From Mytilus edulis (lineage: Eukaryota), in the NCBI RefSeq assembly GCF_963676685.1, contig NC_092349.1:49352001-49416000 (forward strand): a stretch of DNA of 64,000 nucleotides, in the 5' to 3' direction. Shown one piece after another: positions 1-14,200 of the stretch; within the stretch, counting starts at the first letter, position 1, and each line of letters begins with the position of its first letter. Both the position numbers and the translations under genes were made by a program. A model generated the notes under the pieces. It searched no databases. It saw only the letters and a list, made by a program, of their open reading frames with translations, and was not told where the DNA came from.

Positions 1-395
1 TTCAGGGCTGATGCTAAATATTTTATGGTTTAGGACTACAAGTTGGACGCAAGCGGTATTCTTGTTAGCCGTGTTGTTGGTAACTTACATTTTCTGATAT
101 CGAATTGTTACTACAAAAACGTTGCCACTTGGATATCCCTTCAGAAAACTAGTGTTATAAATTTGATAGCGATCTTTTATTTGATAAAATTTAATAGCCA
201 GTTCATAGACATTTATTGAAAGTTTAAACAGCGCAAGTAATAATCAATTAATGATAAACGTGCTTTTAAAAAACAGTTAACCTGAATATACAATTGTGCA
301 AGCCAGTGCTAAATAGTCTTCTCACGTTATAAAGTAAAGACAAAAGTAACAATAATGAGAAATTTGGGAAATAATTTACCTTCAATAGGTCTGTC

Positions 396-563
396 TTATC
401 TGTTATCACATAAACTTCAATTGTAAAAAAGATAAAGATCAAGTGATATTCATGACAGATAGCTTTATGAAAGATTGGCTTATCAGTTATGACATTAAAT
501 AGAATTGTAGAAAAGATAAAGATCAAGTGATATTCATGACAGATAGCTTGATGAAAGATTGGC
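396..563. repeat. Tandem duplication, 84-bp unit x2
   Basis: GATAAAGATCAAGTGATATTCATGACAGATAGCTT occurs at 431 and 515; it explains the internal repeat in ORF 266..565. Confidence 0.85.
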
Positions 564-780
564 ATGTTTAACTATAGGGGTTTTATTTCGTGGGTTTCAT
601 TATTGTTGGGTGTGACACGAATCTTCCTGCGTACTTATATTTTGTGAACTTGCATCTAAAAAAAATACTCAGCAATTAATCTAATACAAAACTGTGCACA
701 TGTCCTGCATACGAACATGATATTTGACGCTAGAATTAAACATCTATACTTTCATCTATCTCCCTAAAAGGTCTTGTTTT

Positions 781-980
781 ATATTAATTGGTTGTTGTAC
801 AATTTAACAGTATTTTGACACCAGCCTCCTTTTTCTAGTTGATTCAAATTTACTTTCTACAACCAACGAGCTTGAATGTCTACTTTAATATTGATTAGTT
901 GTACAATTTATCATTATTTTGTCACCAGCCTCCTTTTTCTAGTTGATTCAAGTTTACCATCTACAACCAATAGGCTTGAA
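781..980. repeat. Tandem duplication, ~104-bp unit x2
   Basis: ACCAGCCTCCTTTTTCTAGTTGATTCAA occurs at 820 and 924. Confidence 0.8.
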
Positions 981-1439
981 GTTTTATTATACACCTCACC
1001 GTACAGAAAAATGTATTAAAATGATGTCCATTTTGAAAGCAATCAACGTTAAAACGATGTACCTTGCAAAATATTATATCTTTCATTGAATGAAATAAAA
1101 AAAAATCTCTACCCGACTAAATGATGAATGTTTTAAATTCCAAAATCAACCCTTATATTAAAAATGTAAACAAAATGTCTGCTTGATCAGATATTACCTA
1201 TATGGTATTGTTTTGTACTTAGTAGACATTTACTTTCATTTAACCACGATGTCAGATTTTTAGGCATAATGTTGCAATTTTGGTTTGGTGATTTTTTGTT
1301 TTATATTTCTGACAACAAACTAACAAATTTGGTCAATATAATTACTCTTTGATATCTTAATTTCGTTAATTGAATTATTTGTAGGTCTTATTTTGCTATG
1401 AATGTTTTCGTTGAAAAAAAACATAAAACTAATTGGTAG

Positions 1440-1652
1440 ATAAACTCATCATAGATACCAGGACTAAATTTTGTATATACGCCAGACGCGCGTTTCGTCT
1501 ACAAAAGACTCATCAGTGACGCTCGAATCCAAAAAAGTTTTTAAAAAAAAAAGCCAAATAAAGTACAAAGTTGAAGAGCATTGAGATCCAAAATTCCTGA
1601 AAGTGTTGCCAAATAAAGCTTAGGTAATCTATGCCTGAGGTAGAAAAGCCTT
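1440..1652 (-). mobile_element. Hammerhead-containing dispersed repeat (retrozyme / Penelope pLTR-like), family A
   Basis: Reverse-complement homologue of 19360-19545, 5985-6272 and 15400-15565. Confidence 0.75.
1479..1522 (-). ncRNA. Minimal type I hammerhead ribozyme (intact core)
   Basis: Minus strand reads GCGTCA-CTGATGA-GTC-TTTTGTA-GAC-GAAA-CGCGCG-TC-TGGCGT: CUGAUGA and GAAA boxes, 3-bp stem II, palindromic stem III, GUC cleavage triplet, 6-bp stem I. Confidence 0.85.
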
Positions 1653-1999
1653 ATAACCATATTATGCATTTAGACAAATGGTGTAGCTAAAGCACCCACA
1701 TTGCAATTAATTCAATCTACAACATAAGGAAAGAAGAAATACATAAAGCTAAACACATGTTTCTATTAATTCTTGATGAATGATATGCATGTGAATCTTT
1801 GTACAAAGTCTCAACCAATATTGTTTTTACCACTCGAGATAAAATAAATTGGTAACCAAACTGTATCACACTGAAGAGAACACGAAATGGTGTTAGATAA
1901 AAACAGCTTAATCGTCTATGTTAACTTTTTTAAAGTCAGTTTTTATCTTCGGTTTTTCACATTGCATTTTTTTTTCAAAGGGTTGTCATTTTACATAAC

Positions 2000-4200
2000 T
2001 TACGACAAAAACGTAGTCATGGGCATCCGCCTAATGTAAGCCAGTCTTTTAAATCTAGATAGCCCTCTAGCAGCTTTGATGATCTTCTTTCACATTTTTA
2101 TCATCCACTAGTGTTACAGTACATAAGAACTATTCTTTTTTCACAGCCTGTTATCTTTTTTAAATGTTTGAGAGATCATACACTGGACAAAGGATGTATC
2201 AATACATTTTCTCCCATTTACAGACTTGTCAGTATAATTTGTGATGTAGTTCTTTCCCGTATTTTCAAACCAGTAAGACCGCAACCTGTACATGAAGAAA
2301 ACAGGAAATTCCTTCTTTTTTACTTTTCCAATAGAAGATTTAATGCAATCAACATCTGCAACGTTCTACATCACAAGGAGGTAACATCTAAAAAAATCCT
2401 ATTTATTTTCAAAATCAGTCTGTTCCTATTGTATCCTACAAGTACACCAAAACCATAGCACCTAAAGTATTTTACTATAAGCAAGCATTATATGACCTTG
2501 ACTTAGAGCAATACTTGAAAAACCCTCAGACATGTGACTGTTCCCACTCGCCTTATAATTCTGGCTATTTTATTTCTGGGGATCTAAACATAATTCTACA
2601 TGAAAATCTCCGAAAGATGATTACTCATGGTCCTAAGTTTAGAGAACCCCAACACATCAATTTGAGCCATAACTTCAAAATATGGATTCCATTGAGGACT
2701 TTTAGCTAAACAAGAAAAAGTTGCACTGGACACTTTGTCAGAATGGGTCAAAACAATCAGGTCTCTAATAAAACATCGCATTCATAACTTGAAAAACTGT
2801 GTATGATCGACCAAAGTCCGTTTTCAGAGACAAAGAGCCCGTGAAATGTCTCACATCTCTTCATGATCAGTACGTTGTTGCTCCCGCGGACAAAGCTTCG
2901 AATAATATTGTCTTTGTATGTAATACGTATTACTACGAATGTCTTGTAAAAGAATTAGGAATAAAAGTGCACTCAGGTTATCCAATATATAAAGACATAT
3001 CATTTGACAAGGATGAGATTTTGGCAAATCATAAGTCCTTCATGGCTTCAATGAACATTACTTTGAACAAAAAATCGGAGGACTTACCTTGTTTGTGTGC
3101 GATACATAAGCTTCACAAAGTTCTGTACAAACACGGTACATTTCCAGCTCCTCTACATGTTCTGCTAAAGAATTTCTATTAGATTTACTAAAATTCTGTC
3201 CGCAGTGAAAGTGGGTCTTCAAATATACTGTGAAACTGTTTACTCGCGTAGTGGTATAAACCATATGTGGATTCTTAAAAGTTCTAAAGAACTTCAAGAC
3301 AATTTTAAATGTCGGTCTTTATCTGAAATTAGTTCTATCAAAACTTTTGATTTTTCGACCCTGTACTCACCATTCCTTGTGTGAAATTGAAAAATCGCCA
3401 GAAAGAAATAATCCATAATGCCTTTCAACATAAAAATGGTAGCGTACGCTATAAATTTATTCCTTTGGGATATCATAATGCAATTTTTTTTTTATAGTGC
3501 ACAAAAGGGTAAAACATGCTACACAGAGGAACAAGTGTTGTATACTGGAGTTTCTTTTCGACAACATATTTGGAGTCGGAGGTAGATTTCTACGGGAATA
3601 AACTGTGCGTCTCTGATTGCCGACCTCTTCTTATTTTCATATGAATCGGAGCCCCTTAAGACACTTTTCAAAAACAAGAAGATCCAGATATATTGATGAT
3701 GTTCTTTTCATTAACAATCCTAACTTTTCTGATTGGGTTCCATTAATATATTCCCAAGAATAAGAAATTGAATAAATAACAGACATGGATTCCTCTGCCT
3801 CATTTTTAGACTTATACCTCGAATCAACTTACACAGTCGTCTCAGTACCAGAAGCAATGACAAACGAGACGATTTTTATTTTGAAATTATTAATTTACCC
3901 CACCTAAGTAGCAATATACCAACTTCACCTGCTTATGGTACACACATTTTATTTTATTTAATTTATTCGATATTCAAGAGCGTTCAGCTCCTACTCAGAC
4001 TTTATAAAACATCACCAAAGTTTGACCATAAAGTTGAAGAACCAGGGGTAGGTCAAAGAACGTCTCTTCTTTTTCTACAAAAAATCATCGGAAGGTACCA
4101 AAACCTTGTTGATTTATATTTCGTATCAACTTCACAAATAATACATGACGGTCTTGGGTATAGATTCTGCGTACTGACGTTGTTTATCATCCTAATAACG
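2000..4200 (+). pseudogene. Decayed Penelope-like retroelement reverse transcriptase
   Basis: Frameshifted fragments: GPKFREP, VVAPADKASNNIVFVC, YSRSGINHMWILK, IKTFDFSTLY, RYIDDVL (~3685), FLDL, DKRDDF..INLPHLSSNIPTSPAYG. No C-terminal GIY-YIG is visible. Confidence 0.85.
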
Positions 4201-4756
4201 TGTTATGTTGTTCTTTTATTTGTCTTTGTTCTATTATAAATATTATTTTTACTGTTTATTCTGTTTTCAGTGATATCCATTTGACGTGGCTCGGTACTTA
4301 TACATCCCGTCAATGTGTTGTTTGGATTATCTTTATTTTTTTCTGATGTTGTGTAAGTTTCACTGTTTGTGTTTCTTGGGAACACATGACGTGGCTCTGT
4401 ACTTTTGAACATCCCGCGATTATGTTATTATTCTATTATAAATTCATTATGTTATTGTTCTACTATAATGCCAATATTATATTGCTCTATTTTAATTTTG
4501 AAAACACTTTGAACGACAAAATTATTTTATATCTCTTCCAGTGTGACATTTACATTCTGACGACAAACAAGCGACTCTACACTAGAGTTGATGTGAACCT
4601 TTTCATTCATTCACAGGACTTCAAATATTTCAATCCTTTATGGGTTGATTAAAATACTTAAACTTATATAAGTAAGCAATGAATGTGGTTGTTTTAGTTG
4701 ATAGATTCGTTTTAGTGCTTCTTTTTTTTTGTTTAATATTTGATAATTTTGTTACA

Positions 4757-5030
4757 CCGTGATGACTGCTGTATCCCTTTTTAGAAAATTTTACCTATTA
4801 TGTCTGTTTTGTTCACGCATCGTTGTAAATATAATGGAATTTGAAACGACTGTCATACAAGTGAAATGTTTAGTGCTACAAAACCAGGTCCAATCAACCA
4901 TTTTCTACATTTGAAAATGCCTGTACCAAGTCAGGAGTATGACAGTTGTTGTCCATTCTTTTGATGTGTTTGATCATTTGGGTTTGCCCTTTGATAATGG
5001 AACTTCCTCGGAGTTCAGTATTTCTGAAAT
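4757..5030 (-). repeat. Dispersed repeat fragment (family with TTCCTGACTTGGTACAGGCATTTT core)
   Basis: Reverse-complement homologue of 31620-31850 and partly of 21540-21610. Confidence 0.7.
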
Positions 5031-5221
5031 TGTTTACTATACACATTATTTCATATACCAAGAAATCAATCAGCGGTGTTCATTACATATTATAACACAA
5101 TAATAACTACTGATAAAATCATGATACAGGAAATTATAAAATTGTTTTCTCTCTCCAATATCATATACCAATACATGAAAGTGAAGTGGGTTTATTTTTT
5201 ATTCAGAAATATTCAATTGCA

Positions 5222-8200
5222 TCATCCACAAGTTGTACTGTTGAAACAAGGCTGATCTGAAAAACACAAAAACAAAAAACATTACCCAAACTGAACTGCA
5301 TATTTTGTATAATATATGACTGTATAAATGTAACAATTTCAACTATTTTCCTGACTCATTTTTCTTAAATTACGGTTTCGGGACATATGAAAGCATGACA
5401 TTGCATTTCATTATTTATCAGATGCAATAATATAATGCTTTAAATAAATGCTTGCTTGCCTGGCATTACGACTCTAAATCTTTTGCCATTCAACTGCCAA
5501 GCTTTAACATCATGCTTTGGCATGAACTTTTGCATTCACATCCGGTCTTTGTCTAGTTATCACATGATCCGTTATGGAATGGATTCTGTTTCTTTGAACT
5601 TATGATACACATTTTTATCAAATCATTCACACAGAACTGGTTTTGAACATGTAGATAGCAATGCTTTTAAACTATCGTTGAGAAAGATATTCCCAATGAT
5701 TTAAGTCTTATATTATAGCTACAATTATATAAAATGCTTAAATAAACGTACTCTGGATAAGGGTTCTACAATCACCCTTCGTGTTACAATTTTTTCCAGT
5801 ACAACATGCTGAACATAAAACAAGAGATCCAAGATCTGCTCGTTTTCCATGGTGAGTTGCCTTGTATTCTCTCAACATTACGTCACAAACCTACAAAAAC
5901 ACAAATAAACAATTACATTAGATGGTCTCAGTGTGTTTTAAATGGTTATAAATTAAATGTTTACAAAAAAATTGAATTTTTTAAAATACTAAGGCTATTC
6001 TACCTCAGGAATAGATTACCTTAGCTGTATTTAGAAAACTTTTTTTGGGGTCATCAATGCTCCTCAACATCGTGCTTTATTTGGCCTTTTTAACTTTGTT
6101 GGATTCGAGCGTCACTTATGAGTCTTTTGTAGACAAATAAACTCATCAAAGATACCAGGACTAAATTTATTATATACGCCTGACGTCATCCAAGACTCAT
6201 CAGTGACGCTCAAAACGCGCGTCTGGCGTATATACCAAATTTAATCCTATTATCTATCTATGATAAGTTTATTTAACATGCGCAAACAAGCAAAAAGTAT
6301 AACCTCTAAATATAAATACTATATCGGCTGACAATCTAAATTGAATCATACTGAAATCTCGCTGACATAAATAAAAGTAGTACAACTCGATTATTTGAAT
6401 ACTTCAAATTTTACAATAATAATAGTTTGTCTAATCGCTTTGATATGTATGTATTGCAACTTATTTATAGGTTTTTCAAATATTCTTAATCACATTCAGT
6501 ATTTTCATTGTTAGTTACAAACATAGATTGAGCTTGAACTAACATAGCTTATATGAGAAATTGAACATCTTGTGAAGGCATGAATAACTTGTTAAACATC
6601 AAATATGACGAACAGTTCTGAATTTTGCCAAGTGCTTGGCCTTTGTGGGGTAGGAAAGATTTATTTTATTGCATCTTTCCTGGTGGCTTAGTTGACCCCT
6701 TCCTAGGCCAAGCTATTGTATTCTGTATTATTTTATTATCGTTTTATGTTTTGCATTCATTATTATCAGAGACATATAATACATTATATGTCTCTGTTAT
6801 TATCTTGTTGGAAAACGTATATGTATATATTATATATTGTTTATTTTTGTATGAGAAACATTTTTACTCTGAATAAGTAAAAATATTGCAATTCAACTTC
6901 CAGTTTCTCTTTTCATTTATGCATTGACCAAATGGTCCAATAAATGTTAAATACATGAGATACTCGCCGATTCATTCAAGTGAAAGGTAAACCTCTCGTT
7001 GTTTGTTTGGGTTGAAGGAGGAAAGCATAAATAAAAGTAGTACAACTCGATTATTTGAATACTTCAAATTTTACAATAATAATAGTTTGTCTAATCGCTT
7101 TGATATGTATGTAATATTTAACTAATTATAATTAACTAAAACAAAAAAAAGAACATGCGTTATGTTTACAGTTTATGACCATTTTAACATGTTTTGTATA
7201 GTTATACAGTGTAGGTAGTTAGGTAAGAAATAAACACAGCAGCTGCGTGTAAATCCCGTATCATACCACCGTATTGTACTAATGCACCTTAGTGTAATAC
7301 AGTTTATTTAGAGTAACCATATGCCGGATGAACAAAAAGTGTGTCATTTATTGAAAAACATATGGCTTGGTATACAAGAAAACTTCTCTAGTGTTCAAAA
7401 ACATTTTTCACAAAATCCCCCCGCTTCAAGCTCTGGATCCGTGCCTGTGTATTGGGTGCAAATCGTAAAGTTTTTGTGCCCATCTTTTGGAGAATGGTGC
7501 TAAAATGTTTTGGGTCTCTTGTAGAGGCGTTTGATAGAATGAAGTTGTATGTAGTATAGTGCTGACTATTTAGCTAGAGGGATGGGGGATGGGTGTATTG
7601 TCTTAACAAATGTTTTTTAAATGCGCAACATTTCTTATGCTATTTGATATCATATCCTCACGTAACGTTATTTGTTTTAAGTAGATATAATTACATGTGG
7701 TATGAATGACAACGAGACAACACTCCATCCAAACGTAAACCGTTATAGGTTAAATAAGGGATATCAACACTGAGCCGTGGATCACACCGAACATCACGCT
7801 ACATGTATGAAGGGCCCAAATAATGAATAGTGTAAAACTATTCAAACAGGAATACCACCGGTCTAATTTATATACAAAAACGAGAAACAAGCATGAACAA
7901 CATAAAAAAAAACACTGAACATCAGGTTCATGCCTTAAGACAGGTGCAAACAATTACAGCGGGTTTAAACATTTGAATGTACTAATCTTCACCTCATCTG
8001 AAACTACAGTGTAACATCACAACATAGAAAGACCCACTATAAAATATCAATTGAAATTACTTAATTTAATCAAAAGTCATATTAACACAAGTGAACATAC
8101 ATTAAACGAATAAAGTTTATCTATGATGCAGTGTAAATACAAAATCAATAAAATAAGGGATGAATAAAAAAAGGCAATAGCAGTATACCACTGTGAGATA

Positions 8201-11200
8201 TTTAATAATTTCAGAGAGTTAACAATAAACTTGAACAAAAGTCCGCCAATTGATATTATATTTGCCATACTTACTGTCTTTAATTCGCATCCCAGTTCAT
8301 GTATGATTCTACCACCTGAAAATATCTTATTCAGTTTACACACCTGCAAATGTTAATAATACATCGAAAATAAGTTTTAAAGTAATCAAGAGAACTCAGT
8401 TGAACTATGGTTTCGTCATACAAATGCGGCCAATGCCATAATATTAAAGTGCAACCGTGTTTGTATTTATTTGAATGTTTGCTGTGTTACAATTTCTTTA
8501 CTCTGAAACAAATTACCTGTTTCTGTTATACCTTCCATACATCCAATTCTAATTCATGTTGACAACTTGTAAACTACAGAACTCATATTCATGTTCTATT
8601 GCAGTACAAAACGAATCTATTAATTACAGTTTGTATACCAGGATGAATTTAAGATGAATTTATATTCCGCGAAACTACTTGAAAGATTTTGAAGCATCAA
8701 CATTGAGGTAAACTATGAGGTCATAAAAATTAAAAACGCTCAAACCGATGCTGTTTCGCTACTTCTATGGTTACGATTTGGATAAAACAGCGTTTTTTGT
8801 AGTAGATGTTGATTCATATTCGATTTGATTCGACTTATAGTAGATTCTAGAATTTTACTTTTGGGACCAAAGACATGTCAATTTGAATTTTATTTTAGCA
8901 TATAGTTAATGAAAAAATACATAAAGATTGCATGTTAATTGTTGTTGATGAACATTTCAATTAGACTATACATCTATAAAAATCATGAACGAAAATCCAC
9001 CGTGAAATTTTAGCAATATGTGATATAACATCAAAGAAAATAAATGACATAGATGTAAGCAGTCTTCGCCCGAGACAAATAAGATAAAAACCGCAATTTT
9101 TATACGTGAGCATGTAACTGTTCGGAGTCAAAACCGAAGATACTGCTGTCAACAGGCACCTTAACGTGTATAACTTGTTCATTTGCCTTACATTTGAAAA
9201 ATATGAAATTCAGTACAAACAGATCACCGATCACCAGAGCAATACACAGAAAAATAAAATACATTCCGTTGATACAATTTGATTTGATTGTATTATAGCT
9301 GTTACCAAAATCCAAGAAAAATGTTAGTACCTATATTTGTCATATTAAAAATATACAATGATAGAATGCAGTGATAATTCTGTAAAATTTAAAATTAAAA
9401 TGATAACATCATTTAGCAAATGCATAATGAAACCAATGGCCTTTTTTAAAATATTTGTTGTGAACATTTTTTATATTTTCAAAAGAACGTCAAATAATCA
9501 CTCAACGAAAGTGTTTTGCCAAGAATTCCACTTTTGACCTGAAAAAAAACAACAAAAAGCGTTGTTTTAAAAAAAAATCTGAATGTTTTTTGGGGGTTTG
9601 TTTTGTTTTGTTTTTCTAGTTTTTGTTTTACTTTTGCTATGCATATATTGAATGTTTGTCATGAATGGATTACCTACATCTTTTATCTTTTTAAGCTCTG
9701 TTTTTAAGGATCGTGAGATATATGATTACAATGCGGAAACTAATTAATTACCTCAGTAGGTTGACAACTTTGAAAAACAGTACAATCACTAGAACGAGAC
9801 ACACGGTCACACACTCCACATGTGTCATACGACACAGAAGAATCTATGTATAGTAAAACGAAGAAAAACAAGTATGTTATAACAATTAGAGCAATGTAAT
9901 TTCAAAACGAATTGGACTGTGAATAATGGACAATCTGAATGACGAAAACGTTACAAATATTGATTATTTTTTTAGCAAAACATATAACGCTAAAAATGCA
10001 CAATATCTTATGAATTAAAGTCATATATGTAAGCTTGTGCAATATGTCATTGAATTCACATTATGTATGTTTTATGTTTAAAGCAGATTCCAAATAAATG
10101 TACAAAAATTATATATAGAAACGAAACTAGATTATACTTTTGAATAAAGAGCAATAGATCATGCTTTATACTGATTCATGTATAATCGGCCGTTTAAAAA
10201 AGATCTCAAGTAATTCTAAAACAAACGGTACCGCGTTGGCTGTACCAAATTTGCATTTTGATAAACAAGTGATTATCACGGTCACTATACTATACTATAC
10301 AATTATAGAATTTTGATGAGGATTATACAATGATTTATCAACCCAAGAGATATGATATTCACCGGACCAACGACCGAGTGTGATTGTCACATCTATGGCG
10401 TTGATCACTCATTGTATCAACTGAAATCAAAAGTAACCAATTGTTTTATTATATGACTTTTTATCCTTCTTCAATTTTCTAGTATTTGCTTAAGAAGATA
10501 CCTTTAAAACTGCTCCCTGTTTTTATATTAAATATATCTTATGCTTTTTCAGTTGCTAAGTTCAATTAGCTTAGTTAAAATATTAAAAAAAAGTAAACTT
10601 AAAACAAATACACCAAAAAGAGCAGAAAAAACGAAAACAAGAAGAAAAGAAAAAAAAACGGGAATTCCTTGACATCCTGAACCTACGTCATTGACGATTT
10701 ATATATCTATATCTAGACACACGAACGCTGTTTCACCTTTTATATTAACCTCGTAGATTTTTGGCGCGGTACATATTACGTTTTATCAAGGAGGCCGTCC
10801 TATGCTTTTAGAAAATGAGAAAACAGAAAATTGTCAGTCATATAATAAAAATGTTTAAACAAGAGGCAAACCAAAACCAAATAACAAATGTAAAGACAAA
10901 ATGAAAACAAACTGCATACTGATACATTGGTAAAATAATAAAGAATCAAAAACATAATGCATCTGAAGTTTTTTCGGAAAGGATATCCAGTTTGTTGTAG
11001 TTACTGTTGTCAAGTCATTAAGGGTTGCATATTTTGGTATTATTATTGACACGGTCATATGTTTTTTGCATCGTAAATAAACATTTAGTCTTAAACCATT
11101 TGTTGACATGGTACTGGCTATGTTTTTCTCATATACTTTATGATGATATTGTGCTAAACCCCTAACGGGAGGGGTTGTACTTGATTTTCATATGATAAAG

Positions 11201-14200
11201 ACATTATCTTTCAATCAGTAAAATTAGAGTCCCAAGCTGGCATTTATGTATTTGTAAAATTATTTTGCAAGAAAACAGACAATTTCAAAATAAATAGTTC
11301 AAATTTCATTTGTTGGTATTTTTTTTTTTTTATTTAGCAAACATATTTGGGTTTTATTTCTGAATATCTTTAGACAAAGACTCGAATTATTGGTTTGAAA
11401 GGAAGCGGTAGTGTTACGAATCTGTGATATGTGAAATGCATGTATCTGTTGTTGCAACTTCAGTATGACCAATGAAATGCTTTGAATAAAAAGTTGTTTA
11501 ACTGGAAAGTGTGTTTGTGGTTACTTCTTTGATTGCTAATTCTTTACTTACAGTGTAGGCCACATAGAACTTTGTTGCATGGGACTCCACTGCTATCAGG
11601 CTGTGTGTTACAGCACTGAGCACACACAACCGTAGCCTTCTTTTGTCTTATTAGTGGCAAATCAACATTTCTCTTTCCAACAGAAGCAATGAGATCGCAT
11701 ACCTAAAAACAAACAAGAAATGCAATCAAACTGAGATCTTCTAAATTAAGCATGATCTATTTGAATATTTCTATCCTGAAACGTCCTAAAGCGTTCCCTC
11801 TGATGCAGCTAAATCGATTATTTAAAAATGTAGTCTGTATTTTAGTTCCATAAAAATTCCGTTTTAAACGTTCGCCACAAACAAAACGGCTATGAAAATT
11901 GACAACACAAAATCCTGTTAATGTATATTTCTCCACGCAAAGAAAGTAACTAGCATTTTGGTAGAATATATCTGGTGGAGTACATATGATTATATCTGTT
12001 AAAGCCAAAAAGATAAAGAATAGCGAACTATTGTATAATTCAAATACCGAGTTCGAAAATACATTGACCAGATGATGACAAATGACTTAACACCCAGGGA
12101 ATTCCATAAAATATAAACAAACGTTAACGCTGGTATGTTCAGGAATAACAGAGGATCGCATGTAATTGATGAAGGATAATTAAGGAAAACACTACTAGTT
12201 AGATATAAGAAGATATGGTATGAGTGCCGATGAGACAAATCTACATCCAAATTACAATTTGTAAAGGGAAACCATTACAGGTCAAATTACAGATTTGTAA
12301 AAGGAAACCATTACAGGTCAAATAACAGATTTGTAAAAGGAAACCAATACAGGTCAAATTACAGATTTGTAAAAGGAAACCATTACAGGTCAAATTACAG
12401 ATTTGTAAAAAGAAACCATTACAGGTCAAATTACAGATTTGTGTTTGTTATATATCTCATTGAGAAGGAATGGCTTTGTAATAAAAGTGTGTTCATTACG
12501 ATAGACTCATTATATTAAATTTTTGAAATTTGAAAGTACATGTAACTAGAGGTCTTTAATAGACATTGAAGAAAAATCTATTGTAGAACATTTAGCCATC
12601 CCAACTTCCTTAAACATTTGTTGTCACCTCAGCCTGTAGATTTGCCCTGATGTCTTGTTTTAGATCAACGTTTCTTGAGATTGTAGCTCAAATGAATGCA
12701 CCATTATATTTTCAACTCTTTTCTTCATGTGCTTGATTTCATAAAGCCTAAATTGACTAATTTATTGATTTCTGTTTACAAATCATTTTCAAATTGAATT
12801 CATTTAGACACTTCATTTTACTTTTAGGATTTATAATTCCGTTATTGCAAATCAAACTATATCCTTAAAGTTTTTAATATATTGATTGACTGATATCAAA
12901 AACATCGATGGAATCTACTGGCAATCGCTTGGTTGATAGAAACTGTCTATTTTTCATATATAAGCATTGCATGCATTTGTCATGATATAATAAAAAAAAA
13001 TCTGACACATCCCTCAAGAAATTAATGTGGTTATATGATCATATTGATCAAAGAGGTGTCAAAAGAACTATTATAATAAATCACAATAACCTTATAGTAT
13101 CTATTGAATGAACTTATACTGATCACTTACATCGTATACGTGTCACAGCACACATGATCTCGGGAATAGATTAAAATTGAAAATGGAAAAAGGGCATGTG
13201 ACAGACAAAAGATAACAACCCGACAAAAGAGAAGAAAACAACCTAAAGTCACCAATGGGTCTTCAACACAGCGAGAAAAATCGCACTCGGAGTTGTGTTT
13301 CAGCTGACCCCTAAACAAAAATGTATATAATATTATATATATTTGATATATTTGTTATGAACTAATTTGACAATGGTTTGATGTAACGGCAAAGTATCTT
13401 TTGTTGACAATTTTTACAGTCGTCACTCTTTCATAGAAAAATGTATCGAAGTAATCTATATTTATTAGTTTTCTCATGTAGTTTGAGCGTTCTTTACGAT
13501 GACTTAATATGAACATATTACCACTAGTAATATTTTTATGAATACATTCCACTGTATCCATTCGTTTGATGTGTTTTGGCTTTTGAATACCAATTGATTA
13601 GGGACTTTCCTTTTTGAATTTTCCTCTGAGTTCAGTACTTTAGTAATTTTACTTTCGCTAATTCGACGAATATGTTCCAATTGTCGTAGTTTCATACACA
13701 TGTCACCGGATATGTTCTTCCGGTAGCAATGCGATGGGTGTCACATTTGGAGCAGGATCTGAACTTCCTTTCGGGGCACTTGAAATCACAATAAAGTTTT
13801 TGGTAGGGGTCCGTGTTGTTGAGTTTTTAGATGTATGCGTTGTTTTATGTATTGTTTTTCGTTTGTCGTTTTCTTCTTTAGCCATATCGTTGTCAATTTA
13901 TTTTCGACTTATACGTTTGAATGTTCCTTCGTATCTATCGTCTGACATTTCAAAATTATTTTTTATCATATAACAAAATAAAATTACTTTTAATTTTCTT
14001 TGATATCGTTTGAAGCTAAGATTGACATGATAGTAAAATTGATAAGGACCAATGTACAAGATTTTAACACTGATGAGTAATTTTGAAGCCCAAACATATT
14101 ACCCTATTGCCTTACCTGCGTTGATCGACATCCTGCTGAGAAAACAGTAGATAGGTCTGGTAAAATTACTTTGTCTAAATAGCATTTCTGGAAAAAAACA

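Noticed and set aside
4280-4420. Repeated motif as a SECIS or known ribozyme
   Set aside because: It lacks a convincing SECIS core and apical AA, and has no hammerhead, twister or HDV consensus. Kept only as an unassigned motif.
5380-5700. Possible decayed LINE 3' end on the minus strand
   Set aside because: Only faint resemblance with many stops; not supportable without a search.
8518-8574. Possible extra exon of the three-finger gene
   Set aside because: No in-phase acceptor gives an open frame, and the exon chain is complete without it.
12252-12440. 36-bp repeats of CRISPR-like length and the Cys-rich ORF 12241..12429
   Set aside because: Units are head-to-tail with no spacers, there are no cas genes and the context is eukaryotic. 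The ORF is a by-product of the minisatellite.
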